From: Dudresnaya verticillata
Taxonomy: Eukaryota
DNA length: 50,068 nucleotides
NCBI GenBank assembly: GCA_977862235.1
Contig: OZ374565.1
Span: 2,666,001 to 2,716,068, forward strand
Reading direction: 5' to 3'
Under the pieces are notes generated by a model that saw only the letters and a program-made list of their open reading frames with translations, did no database searches and was not told where the DNA came from. Below are positions 18,801-29,500 of this stretch, one piece after another (positions within the stretch are counted from its first letter, which is position 1; each line of letters opens with the position of its first letter). The position numbers and the translations under genes are program-made.

Positions 18801-20479
18801 AGAAGCTGCCCTCCTGGACCCCGCGCAACGGGTGGGGTTTGCGCAGTTGGTACCTCTCGAGTAGCAGGTACCGGTGCAGGAGGCGGCTCCTGGCTGTCCG
18901 GGATTCGTCGCGGGGCTGGCAGGATATCGTCCGCTGGCTCGCCGTCCTCGGGTTGCGTCTCCGTGACCGCGTCCAGAGCAGGAGACTGTGATGGCGCGGC
19001 TACAGTTTCTTCACGGCTCGGTGTCGTCAATTGGTTGGACGGGACGTGGGAGAACGCCGGAGTGCGAGTAGCGGGACATGCGCTGCAATTCTTGTACCGC
19101 ATACTGTACATGCCTTCACTGTTCATGCGGGAGCTACAGTGGGTGGGCATGTACTTGTTGTGAGTCACACAGTACCATACTCCATAGTCCAGGAGCTGCT
19201 GCTTGAGAGGCTCGATGTCGGTCCTCGTCGGTGGTCCTCGCCTGCCAGGAACATGCATCTTCCGCAGGTGCATGAGTAGCGCTTCTACAGTAGGCAGTGA
19301 GGACGACTGGCAGCCCAGAGGACAGCTGGTACTGTTTGTCGGGCGGTGTTTTGCCGAAGGCATAAAGCATGGAGAGAGCCATACCTTCGGCATGTCGGGG
19401 TGCTGCTGACCAATCATGGTTACAGCGCTGGGTAAGGTACCTGTAAAGGTCCTCTACAGTAGGTTCCCACGGGGCACAGACCTCCTAACCGGGACGCAAG
19501 CCTGTCGTCCGTCGTCAGTCTGTTCGGGACACCTCCAGAGGGTGCTACAGGTGGCCTTGCTGCGAGATGAGGGCCTCTTCGCAGCGTAGGGCGCGAGATC
19601 GCGCACTTTGCGCACGAGCTCGCGCAAAAGGGCGCGCGTGTTAGCGTTCGTGCGCGCAGAGTTATCGGACGTTCCCTTCCCTGCCGCAGCTGAGAAGACT
19701 CTCTTCACTGCGGTCCTGTAACGCGCGGTACTTCTCGTTTGCACAAGCTCTCAATGGGGTCGCAGAACCACCGTTTACCTGTGAGTGCCCACAGGATTTT
19801 TGGCCTCCCCCGAAGGTTCGCTGGCAGGACGTTCGCTCGATCTTAGAAGGGGTGGTTTCAAAACAGGATCCACCAGGCTTAAGCCACGTTACCCCAACTT
19901 CGACGTTGCTTGGCACGTTTCTGCGATGAGCTTGTGGGTCACGAGCCGCCTACCACTCAAGGTCGAGGGTCTTTGGCGATTCCCACACTTGTAGGTCTCT
20001 CGGCACTTCCCGAAGGAAGATTTTACAGGACAAGCCTGGCCTTTACCAATCTGTCAGTTGAAGGGTGTGAAACCCCTCTGTCGACAGTCCACGGCAGCCT
20101 AGACAGAGTCTAGGCTGTGCCGGGTACAAGCAAAACGCGTACAGGGCCAGGGAAAGAAAGATAAGTCAGTGGGGCCCGGGCAAATTTCAAGGTGAGGGAT
20201 CACCTTAAAAGTAAGCGCAAAATAGGAAACGCGTGACCGTCGGCGACGACGGCGGCGGCGACGGCGGCGACGACGACGGCGTCGCGGCGCAGATCGGCGG
20301 CGCGGAAAGAGACAAAAGTAGACCGCGCTCGCCCGCCCGCGAAGGTGAAGGGCTGAAAAACCCCGCACCGACGCGCCGTCGCGCGCTCGAACAGGCGGCA
20401 CCGCCGCCGAAAAGATCGGTGCAGAACTTGTTGAGATATCCGCGAAACAAAAATTTCGGCAGATCGCTGAGGGAGTCGC
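15827..20479 (-). mobile_element. Full-length copy 5
   Basis: TSDs 15814-15826 / 20480-20492. Confidence 0.95.
15929..19417 (-). CDS. RT-RLE polyprotein, 1162 aa
   Basis: Same motifs as 3470..6958, with few substitutions. Confidence 0.95.
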   Translation of the reverse strand: MIGQQHPDMPKVWLSPCFMPSAKHRPTNSTSCPLGCQSSSLPTVEALLMHLRKMHVPGRRGPPTRTDIEPLKQQLLDYGVWYCVTHNKYMPTHCSSRMNSEGMYSMRYKNCSACPATRTPAFSHVPSNQLTTPSREETVAAPSQSPALDAVTETQPEDGEPADDILPAPRRIPDSQEPPPAPVPATREVPTAQTPPVARGPGGQLLPAVEDICRSHIPMVTHIPSRVRAEVRDALSKTVWAFTNATNSQEATKELTAFLLFPAAVLSNPPAASARASASTSASSIGTFRDRIRRWGLKDYDALWQEALKGSTFREQTAPSAEEQRRINASRALRLAKEGAYSKAAAALDSDGIAPATDSVIQSMKDKHPQSVPQTDADHELDQSEPLPTMPDFVPFTADEVRKAVAKFPRASASGGTGLSPTHLQELLSVPTTHEHTGLLGGLTKMVNVLASGAGPAELSPWIASAPLTALKKRTGGVRPIAVGETIRRLVSSMLMTRVAPKAKAYLEPLQLGVATSGGTEAIVHAVRKLQKSHGHDKSYGLLQVDLKNAFNLVSRKAFMKEVRRHMPELLPWVRYCYDSEGPHLWMGDTLLRSVTGVQQGDPLGPLLFALVLQALIKQLKELTADLRRSGRNQQAEGANNLLLSLFYLDDGVIVAKHAVLRKVLSFFDSEEAKGYGFHLRMDKCTVWWPTAPDPEDCAAYPSDLGQSYGEGTTVLQAPIGTQNYMEESVNGHVESIQPLLDAISGLEDLHVAITLLRNCAGVCRLNYLLRVVPSSATAKGAELFDQKIEACTRKLVGGVLPRDTFRELQLPLRTKEPSFGIGISGAGDMNSSAFLASLSLTRNLLRSILPASVNTALSDDPFAVEAHEAWSAKCHSEDALDLEKIDSDECPRQRDLTRLVLKKVQAELPLGDRRTQAFRASLGVPGAKDWLKCQPAPGMKTYIADRDYRVWLRFYCQIPLLEPDTECPRAGCKKKMDVHGDHLLICPNGMRNSGSPRSWRHDSQVRLLASDLKRATRTPIVEPRPVGAHLDRPDIKALGTEGGTDYLDVTISHPLSSEQRILSCITNPQGTLKNAHADKVRTYRGFIQAAGPGARLVPVPMTTLGGWHPEAHKYMQELADTVASRAMVTRGVSRAALFHRHAARLVQNNVKCLMEGIQQEV

Positions 20480-21612
20480 GTACTGAGGTGAGGGATCACT
20501 CTGGAATCGCCAGTGCCGAATGTTTTTATTTTTTTGCACCTCATTCCTTCCTCCCCGCCGCCCTCTGCGTACATTGCTGCCTTGCATACCTCTCCCACAG
20601 AATCCCCGACCCACTGCCTCTGTACAGCGTATTCTTTTCACTCGCACTTTTCCCCTTTTCTTGTAAGTGGGAGGGAGTCTGAGAGTGTTTGCAGGTGTCT
20701 AGGGGTTGTTTAGGGTTAGGTCTAGGGTTAGTTTGGTTACTGTGGTACGCGAGGGGCATGATATTGGGAGGGTAAAGGGTCTAGTGTTGGTGCATGGAAT
20801 GAATCATGGTGGTGGAAGGAATGGATCAGTGTGGTGGATGAATTGGATTTAGGGACATAGAATTGGATTAGATTTAGTACCCAGAAGATTGGATCAAGGA
20901 TCACCACAATCGGATCAAGTCTGGTGGCTGGGGTGAGGGTGGCTTGGACGTTTGTGCTCATAACTTTGGAACGGCTGGGGCTAGGGAGCTGCTCAGTAGC
21001 TGAATCGAAGCGTCTCGTTGCTGCGCATTGCGTAGCGCTCTTACCCTCCTAAATCGACTTTTTGGCGCGTTTCTATGGTGCAAAACGTCCCCACGGGCCG
21101 TCGGCAGCTTTTGAGCAGATCAAATAGGGGTTTGGGGCATGTATGGTTATGGGTGGGTTTAGGGGTGTTAGGGATGTGTCATTTTAACGCGTTTAGGAGT
21201 GTAGGGAGTGGGAATGAAAGTAGTAAGGATGAGGAAATGGAAAGGGAAGGATGAGAAAGTATAGTACAATGCAGTAATACAAATCACGGAATGCATCAGG
21301 TTGGGATCCAATAAGGGTGGATGGATTGGATCAACGGAAGTCAAGGCGTTATAGGATTGGATCTAGGGGCTCTGTAAATTAGATTGGGTGCTGGTTTCAT
21401 TGAACCAAGGGGTCAGAACGTCCATGAGCTGGTTGACTGTATTTATATTGAATCCTGCGTTTAGAGTAAATGGTATACGGTTATGGGTCATTACTTTAAT
21501 GCTCCACGTGTACACTACAGTCGGATGGACATTGGACGCAGGAGTCTTTAGTCGATGACGGGGAGTGCAGTTGATGGCGCATTTAAATAGGGGTACGGCG
21601 GGAACAGCAAGC

Positions 21613-21732
21613 ACATTCGGCCATACTACGCAGACATGCTCCGTATCCCATCCCGAACTGCGAAGATAAGTCTCGTCAGGCTGGTTTAGTACTGAGGTGA
21701 GGGATCACTCTGGAATCGCCAGTGCCGAATGT
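21613..21732 (+). rRNA. 5S rRNA, intact
   Basis: Identical to 13757-13876. Confidence 0.95.
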
Positions 21733-22821
21733 TTTTATTTTTTTGCACCTCATTCCTTCCTCCCCGCCGCCCTCTGCGTACATTGCTGCCTTGCATACCT
21801 CTCCCACAGAATCCCCGACCCACTGCCTCTGTACAGCGTATTCTTTTCACTCGCACTTTTCCCCTTTTCTTGTAAGTGGGAGGGAGTCTGAGAGTGTTTG
21901 CAGGTGTCTAGGGGTTGTTTAGGGTTAGGTCTAGGGTTAGTTTGGTTACTGTGGTACGCGAGGGGCATGATATTGGGAGGGTAAAGGGTCTAGTGTTGGT
22001 GCATGGAATGAATCATGGTGGTGGAAGGAATGGATCAGTGTGGTGGATGAATTGGATTTAGGGACATAGAATTGGATTAGATTTAGTACCCAGAAGATTG
22101 GATCAAGGATCACCACAATCGGATCAAGTCTGGTGGCTGGGGTGAGGGTGGCTTGGACGTTTGTGCTCATAACTTTGGAACGGCTGGGGCTAGGGAGCTG
22201 CTCAGTAGCTGAATCGAAGCGTCTCGTTGCTGCGCATTGCGTAGCGCTCTTACCCTCCTAAATCGACTTTTTGGCGCGTTTCTATGGTGCAAAACGTCCC
22301 CACGGGCCGTCGGCAGCTTTTGAGCAGATCAAATAGGGGTTTGGGGCATGTATGGTTATGGGTGGGTTTAGGGGTGTTAGGGATGTGTCATTTTAACGCG
22401 TTTAGGAGTGTAGGGAGTGGGAATGAAAGTAGTAAGGATGAGGAAATGGAAAGGGAAGGATGAGAAAGTATAGTACAATGCAGTAATACAAATCACGGAA
22501 TGCATCAGGTTGGGATCCAATAAGGGTGGATGGATTGGATCAACGGAAGTCAAGGCGTTATAGGATTGGATCTAGGGGCTCTGTAAATTAGATTGGGTGC
22601 TGGTTTCATTGAACCAAGGGGTCAGAACGTCCATGAGCTGGTTGACTGTATTTATATTGAATCCTGCGTTTAGAGTAAATGGTATACGGTTATGGGTCAT
22701 TACTTTAATGCTCCACGTGTACACTACAGTCGGATGGACATTGGACGCAGGAGTCTTTAGTCGATGACGGGGAGTGCAGTTGATGGCGCATTTAAATAGG
22801 GGTACGGCGGGAACAGCAAGC

Positions 22822-22941
22822 ACATTCGGCCATACTACGCAGACATGCTCCGTATCCCATCCCGAACTGCGAAGATAAGTCTCGTCAGGCTGGTTTAGTA
22901 CTGAGGTGAGGGATCACTCTGGAATCGCCAGTGCCGAATGT
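22822..22941 (+). rRNA. 5S rRNA, intact
   Basis: Identical to 13757-13876. Confidence 0.95.
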
Positions 22942-24030
22942 TTTTATTTTTTTGCACCTCATTCCTTCCTCCCCGCCGCCCTCTGCGTACATTGCTGCCT
23001 TGCATACCTCTCCCACAGAATCCCCGACCCACTGCCTCTGTACAGCGTATTCTTTTCACTCGCACTTTTCCCCTTTTCTTGTAAGTGGGAGGGAGTCTGA
23101 GAGTGTTTGCAGGTGTCTAGGGGTTGTTTAGGGTTAGGTCTAGGGTTAGTTTGGTTACTGTGGTACGCGAGGGGCATGATATTGGGAGGGTAAAGGGTCT
23201 AGTGTTGGTGCATGGAATGAATCATGGTGGTGGAAGGAATGGATCAGTGTGGTGGATGAATTGGATTTAGGGACATAGAATTGGATTAGATTTAGTACCC
23301 AGAAGATTGGATCAAGGATCACCACAATCGGATCAAGTCTGGTGGCTGGGGTGAGGGTGGCTTGGACGTTTGTGCTCATAACTTTGGAACGGCTGGGGCT
23401 AGGGAGCTGCTCAGTAGCTGAATCGAAGCGTCTCGTTGCTGCGCATTGCGTAGCGCTCTTACCCTCCTAAATCGACTTTTTGGCGCGTTTCTATGGTGCA
23501 AAACGTCCCCACGGGCCGTCGGCAGCTTTTGAGCAGATCAAATAGGGGTTTGGGGCATGTATGGTTATGGGTGGGTTTAGGGGTGTTAGGGATGTGTCAT
23601 TTTAACGCGTTTAGGAGTGTAGGGAGTGGGAATGAAAGTAGTAAGGATGAGGAAATGGAAAGGGAAGGATGAGAAAGTATAGTACAATGCAGTAATACAA
23701 ATCACGGAATGCATCAGGTTGGGATCCAATAAGGGTGGATGGATTGGATCAACGGAAGTCAAGGCGTTATAGGATTGGATCTAGGGGCTCTGTAAATTAG
23801 ATTGGGTGCTGGTTTCATTTAACCAAGGGGTCAGAACGTCCATGAGCTGGTTGACTGTATTTATATTGAATCCTGCGTTTAGAGTAAATGGTATACGGTT
23901 ATGGGTCATTACTTTAATGCTCCACGTGTACACTACAGTCGGATGGACATTGGACGCAGGAGTCTTTAGTCGATGACGGGGAGTGCAGTTGATGGCGCAT
24001 TTAAATAGGGGTACGGCGGGAACAGCAAGC

Positions 24031-24150
24031 ACATTCGGCCATACTACGCAGACATGCTCCGTATCCCATCCCGAACTGCGAAGATAAGTCTCGTCAGGCT
24101 GGTTTAGTACTGAGGTGAGGGATCACTCTGGAATCGCCAGTGCCGAATGT
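24031..24150 (+). rRNA. 5S rRNA, intact
   Basis: Identical to 13757-13876. Confidence 0.95.
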
Positions 24151-25239
24151 TTTTATTTTTTTGCACCTCATTCCTTCCTCCCCGCCGCCCTCTGCGTACA
24201 TTGCTGCCTTGCATACCTCTCCCACAGAATCCCCGACCCACTGCCTCTGTACAGCGTATTCTTTTCACTCGCACTTTTCCCCTTTTCTTGTAAGTGGGAG
24301 GGAGTCTGAGAGTGTTTGCAGGTGTCTAGGGGTTGTTTAGGGTTAGGTCTAGGGTTAGTTTGGTTACTGTGGTACGCGAGGGGCATGATATTGGGAGGGT
24401 AAAGGGTCTAGTGTTGGTGCATGGAATGAATCATGGTGGTGGAAGGAATGGATCAGTGTGGTGGATGAATTGGATTTAGGGACATAGAATTGGATTAGAT
24501 TTAGTACCCAGAAGATTGGATCAAGGATCACCACAATCGGATCAAGTCTGGTGGCTGGGGTGAGGGTGGCTTGGACGTTTGTGCTCATAACTTTGGAACG
24601 GCTGGGGCTAGGGAGCTGCTCAGTAGCTGAATCGAAGCGTCTCGTTGCTGCGCATTGCGTAGCGCTCTTACCCTCCTAAATCGACTTTTTGGCGCGTTTC
24701 TATGGTGCAAAACGTCCCCACGGGCCGTCGGCAGCTTTTGAGCAGATCAAATAGGGGTTTGGGGCATGTATGGTTATGGGTGGGTTTAGGGGTGTTAGGG
24801 ATGTGTCATTTTAACGCGTTTAGGAGTGTAGGGAGTGGGAATGAAAGTAGTAAGGATGAGGAAATGGAAAGGGAAGGATGAGAAAGTATAGTACAATGCA
24901 GTAATACAAATCACGGAATGCATCAGGTTGGGATCCAATAAGGGTGGATGGATTGGATCAACGGAAGTCAAGGCGTTATAGGATTGGATCTAGGGGCTCT
25001 GTAAATTAGATTGGGTGCTGGTTTCATTGAACCAAGGGGTCAGAACGTCCATGAGCTGGTTGACTGTATTTATATTGAATCCTGCGTTTAGAGTAAATGG
25101 TATACGGTTATGGGTCATTACTTTAATGCTCCACGTGTACACTACAGTCGGATGGACATTGGACGCAGGAGTCTTTAGTCGATGACGGGGAGTGCAGTTG
25201 ATGGCGCATTTAAATAGGGGTACGGCGGGAACAGCAAGC

Positions 25240-25359
25240 ACATTCGGCCATACTACGCAGACATGCTCCGTATCCCATCCCGAACTGCGAAGATAAGTCT
25301 CGTCAGGCTGGTTTAGTACTGAGGTGAGGGATCACTCTGGAATCGCCAGTGCCGAATGT
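25240..25359 (+). rRNA. 5S rRNA, intact
   Basis: Identical to 13757-13876. Confidence 0.95.
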
Positions 25360-26448
25360 TTTTATTTTTTTGCACCTCATTCCTTCCTCCCCGCCGCCCT
25401 CTGCGTACATTGCTGCCTTGCATACCTCTCCCACAGAATCCCCGACCCACTGCCTCTGTACAGCGTATTCTTTTCACTCGCACTTTTCCCCTTTTCTTGT
25501 AAGTGGGAGGGAGTCTGAGAGTGTTTGCAGGTGTCTAGGGGTTGTTTAGGGTTAGGTCTAGGGTTAGTTTGGTTACTGTGGTACGCGAGGGGCATGATAT
25601 TGGGAGGGTAAAGGGTCTAGTGTTGGTGCATGGAATGAATCATGGTGGTGGAAGGAATGGATCAGTGTGGTGGATGAATTGGATTTAGGGACATAGAATT
25701 GGATTAGATTTAGTACCCAGAAGATTGGATCAAGGATCACCACAATCGGATCAAGTCTGGTGGCTGGGGTGAGGGTGGCTTGGACGTTTGTGCTCATAAC
25801 TTTGGAACGGCTGGGGCTAGGGAGCTGCTCAGTAGCTGAATCGAAGCGTCTCGTTGCTGCGCATTGCGTAGCGCTCTTACCCTCCTAAATCGACTTTTTG
25901 GCGCGTTTCTATGGTGCAAAACGTCCCCACGGGCCGTCGGCAGCTTTTGAGCAGATCAAATAGGGGTTTGGGGCATGTATGGTTATGGGTGGGTTTAGGG
26001 GTGTTAGGGATGTGTCATTTTAACGCGTTTAGGAGTGTAGGGAGTGGGAATGAAAGTAGTAAGGATGAGGAAATGGAAAGGGAAGGATGAGAAAGTATAG
26101 TACAATGCAGTAATACAAATCACGGAATGCATCAGGTTGGGATCCAATAAGGGTGGATGGATTGGATCAACGGAAGTCAAGGCGTTATAGGATTGGATCT
26201 AGGGGCTCTGTAAATTAGATTGGGTGCTGGTTTCATTGAACCAAGGGGTCAGAACGTCCATGAGCTGGTTGACTGTATTTATATTGAATCCTGCGTTTAG
26301 AGTAAATGGTATACGGTTATGGGTCATTACTTTAATGCTCCACGTGTACACTACAGTCGGATGGACATTGGACGCAGGAGTCTTTAGTCGATGACGGGGA
26401 GTGCAGTTGATGGCGCATTTAAATAGGGGTACGGCGGGAACAGCAAGC

Positions 26449-26537
26449 ACATTCGGCCATACTACGCAGACATGCTCCGTATCCCATCCCGAACTGCGAA
26501 GATAAGTCTCGTCAGGCTGGTTTAGTACTGAGGTGAG
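26449..26537 (+). pseudogene. 5S rRNA 5' part, disrupted by copies 6+7; 3' half at 31445-31488
   Basis: 5S nt 1-89 joined to the element 3' end. Confidence 0.92.
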
Positions 26538-29500
26538 TTCAACTTTATAACAGGTGACCATATTCTAATATTTGTCGACGTACAATCTACTGTAGTATCA
26601 CAACAAAGTTAAACCCCAACTCAAAACAACCTGCACATCTACACCTCCTGTTGGATCCCTTCCATCAGGCACTTGACGTTGTTCTGCACCAGTCGCGCCG
26701 CGTGCCTGTGGAACAGAGCCGCTCGCGAAACACCGCGAGTTACCATGGCCCGAGAAGCCACGGTATCCGCCAACTCTTGCATATACTTGTGCGCCTCCGG
26801 GTGCCAGCCACCTAGTGTGGTCATCGGCACCGGCACAAGCCTTGCCCCCGGTCCGGCAGCCTGGATGAAGCCACGGTAAGTCCGCACCTTGTCAGCGTGG
26901 GCGTTCTTCAGCGTCCCTTGCGGGTTTGTTATGCAGCTGAGAATGCGTTGTTCTGACGACAGTGGATGACTGATTGTGACGTCCAGGTAGTCCGTTCCTC
27001 CTTCTGTTCCAAGCGCCTTGATGTCCGGCCGATCCAAGTGAGCCCCCACAGGGCGGGGCTCCACAATCGGGGTGCGTGTCGCACGTTTCAGATCCGAAGC
27101 CAGCAGACGAACCTGAGAGTCGTGGCGCCACGACCGAGGAGATCCGCTGTTCCGCATGCCGTTCGGACAAATCAGCAGATGGTCGCCGTGAACATCCATC
27201 ATCTTCTTGCACCCGGCCCGAGGACACTCCGTGTCGGGTTCCAGCAGTGGAATCCGACAGTAGAATCGAAGCCATACGCGGTAGTCCCGATCCGCAATGT
27301 ACGTCTTCATGCCTGGTGCCGGCTGGCACTTGAGCCAGTCCTTGGCGCCCGGCACGCCAAGGGAAGCTCGGAAAGCTTGCGTCCGCCTGTCCCCGAGCGG
27401 CAGCTCGGCTTGCACTTTCTTCAGAACCAACCGCGTCAAGTCCCGCTGGCGCGGGCACTCGTCGCTGTCGATCTTCTCCAGGTCCAGAGCATCCTCACTA
27501 TGGCACTTGGCGCTCCAGTCTTCGTGCGCTTCTACTGCAAAAGGATCGTCAGAAAGAGCAGTGTTCACAGAAGCGGGTAAGATAGAACGCAGTAAGTTGC
27601 GGGTCAGTGAAAGGGACGCCAAAAACGCGCTCGAGTTCATGTCGCCAGCTCCCGAAATACCGATTCCGAAGCTGGGCTCTTTCGTGCGCAGGGGAAGCTG
27701 AAGTTCGCGGAAGGTGTCCCTCGGTAGGACTCCTCCCACGAGCTTGCGCATGCAAGCCTCAATCTTCTGGTCGAAGAGCTCGGCGCCCTTTGCCGTGGCG
27801 GATGATGGAACTACTCGCAGCAGGTAGTTCAGCCGGCAGACTCCGGCACAGTTGCGGAGTAGAGTGATGGCCACGTGTAGGTCTTCTAGTCCCGAAATTG
27901 CGTCCAGCAGGGGCTGGATGGACTCGACATGGCCATTCACGCTCTCCTCCATGTAGTTCTGCGTTCCAATCGGAGCCTGAAGTACTGTAGTGCCTTCTCC
28001 GTAGCTCTGCCCAAGATCCGACGGGTAGGCAGCGCAGTCTTCTGGGTCGGGTGCAGTAGGCCACCAAACAGTACACTTGTCCATGCGCAGGTGGAAGCCA
28101 TAGCCCTTAGCTTCCTCGGAGTCAAAGAAGGACAGAACCTTCCTGAGTACGGCGTGTTTCGCCACGATGACGCCGTCGTCCAGGTAGAACAGTGACAGCA
28201 GCAAGTTGTTCGCCCCCTCCGCTTGCTGATTGCGGCCCGAGCGCCGCAGGTCGGCGGTGAGTTCCTTCAACTGTTTGATCAGTGCCTGCAGCACCAAAGC
28301 AAACAGTAACGGCCCGAGCGGGTCACCTTGCTGTACACCAGTGACACTCCGCAGTAGAGTGTCACCCATCCACAGGTGCGGGCCCTCAGAGTCATAACAG
28401 TATCTGACCCACGGTAGTAGTTCAGGCATATGTCGGCGGACCTCCTTCATGAATGCTTTGCGGCTGACAAGGTTGAAGGCATTCTTCAAGTCCACTTGTA
28501 GCAACCCGTAGGACTTGTCATGGCCGTGAGACTTCTGCAGCTTCCGGACCGCGTGTACAATCGCTTCTGTGCCGCCCGAGGTTGCGACCCCGAGCTGAAG
28601 CGGTTCGAGGTATGCCTTGGCCTTGGGAGCGACTCTGGTCATGAGCATAGAGCTCACGAGTCGTCGGATTGTCTCTCCTACAGCAATGGGGCGGACACCG
28701 CCGGTGCGCTTCTTCAGAGCCGTGAGAGGAGCGCTGGCAATCCAAGGCGACAGCTCCGCAGGTCCTGCACCGTTGGCCAGCACGTTGACCATTTTGGTGA
28801 GCCCGCCAAGCAGGCCCGTGTGCTCGTGGGTGGTCGGGACTGAGAGCAGTTCCTGCAGATGGGTCGGTGATAGTCCTGTGCCCCCCGAGGCCGAAGCCCG
28901 GGGGAACTTGGCCACTGCTTTTCGTACTTCGTCGGCTGTGAAAGGCACGAAGTCAGGGATGGTCGGCAGCGGTTCGGACTGGTCAAGCTCGTGGTCCGCG
29001 TCGGTTTGCGGTACGGACTGTGGGTGCTTGTCCTTCATGGACTGTATCACAGAGTCTGTGGCTGGCGCGATTCCATCAGAGTCTAGAGCTGCTGCTGCCT
29101 TACTGTAGGCGCCCTCCTTTGCGAGGCGAAGGGCTCGTGAGGCGTTGATACGGCGTTGCTCTTCTGCGGAAGGCGCAGTCTGCTCACGGAATGTCGAGCC
29201 CTTCAAGGCCTCCTGCCATAGGGCGTCGTAATCCTTGAGTCCCCAGCGGCGGATTCGATCGCGGAAGGTGCCGATCGAGGACGCAGAGGTTGACGCGCCG
29301 GCCCTTGCACTCGCCGCGGGAGGATTGGACAAGACGGCTGCTGGAAAAAGCAGGAATGCAGTGAGCTCTTTGGTGGCTTCCTGAGAGTTGGTTGCGTTCG
29401 TAAAAGCCCATACCGTCTTGGACAGTGCGTCGCGCACCTCTGCGCGGACGCGAGACGGTATATGTGTGACCATAGGGATATGCGAGCGACAGATATCTTC

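Noticed and set aside
20480..26537. 1,209-bp unit as a spliced-leader RNA array or a non-autonomous element
   Set aside because: The conserved 120-nt core has 5S helix I, 5S signature motifs and a Pol III terminator; the spacer shares no ends with the element.
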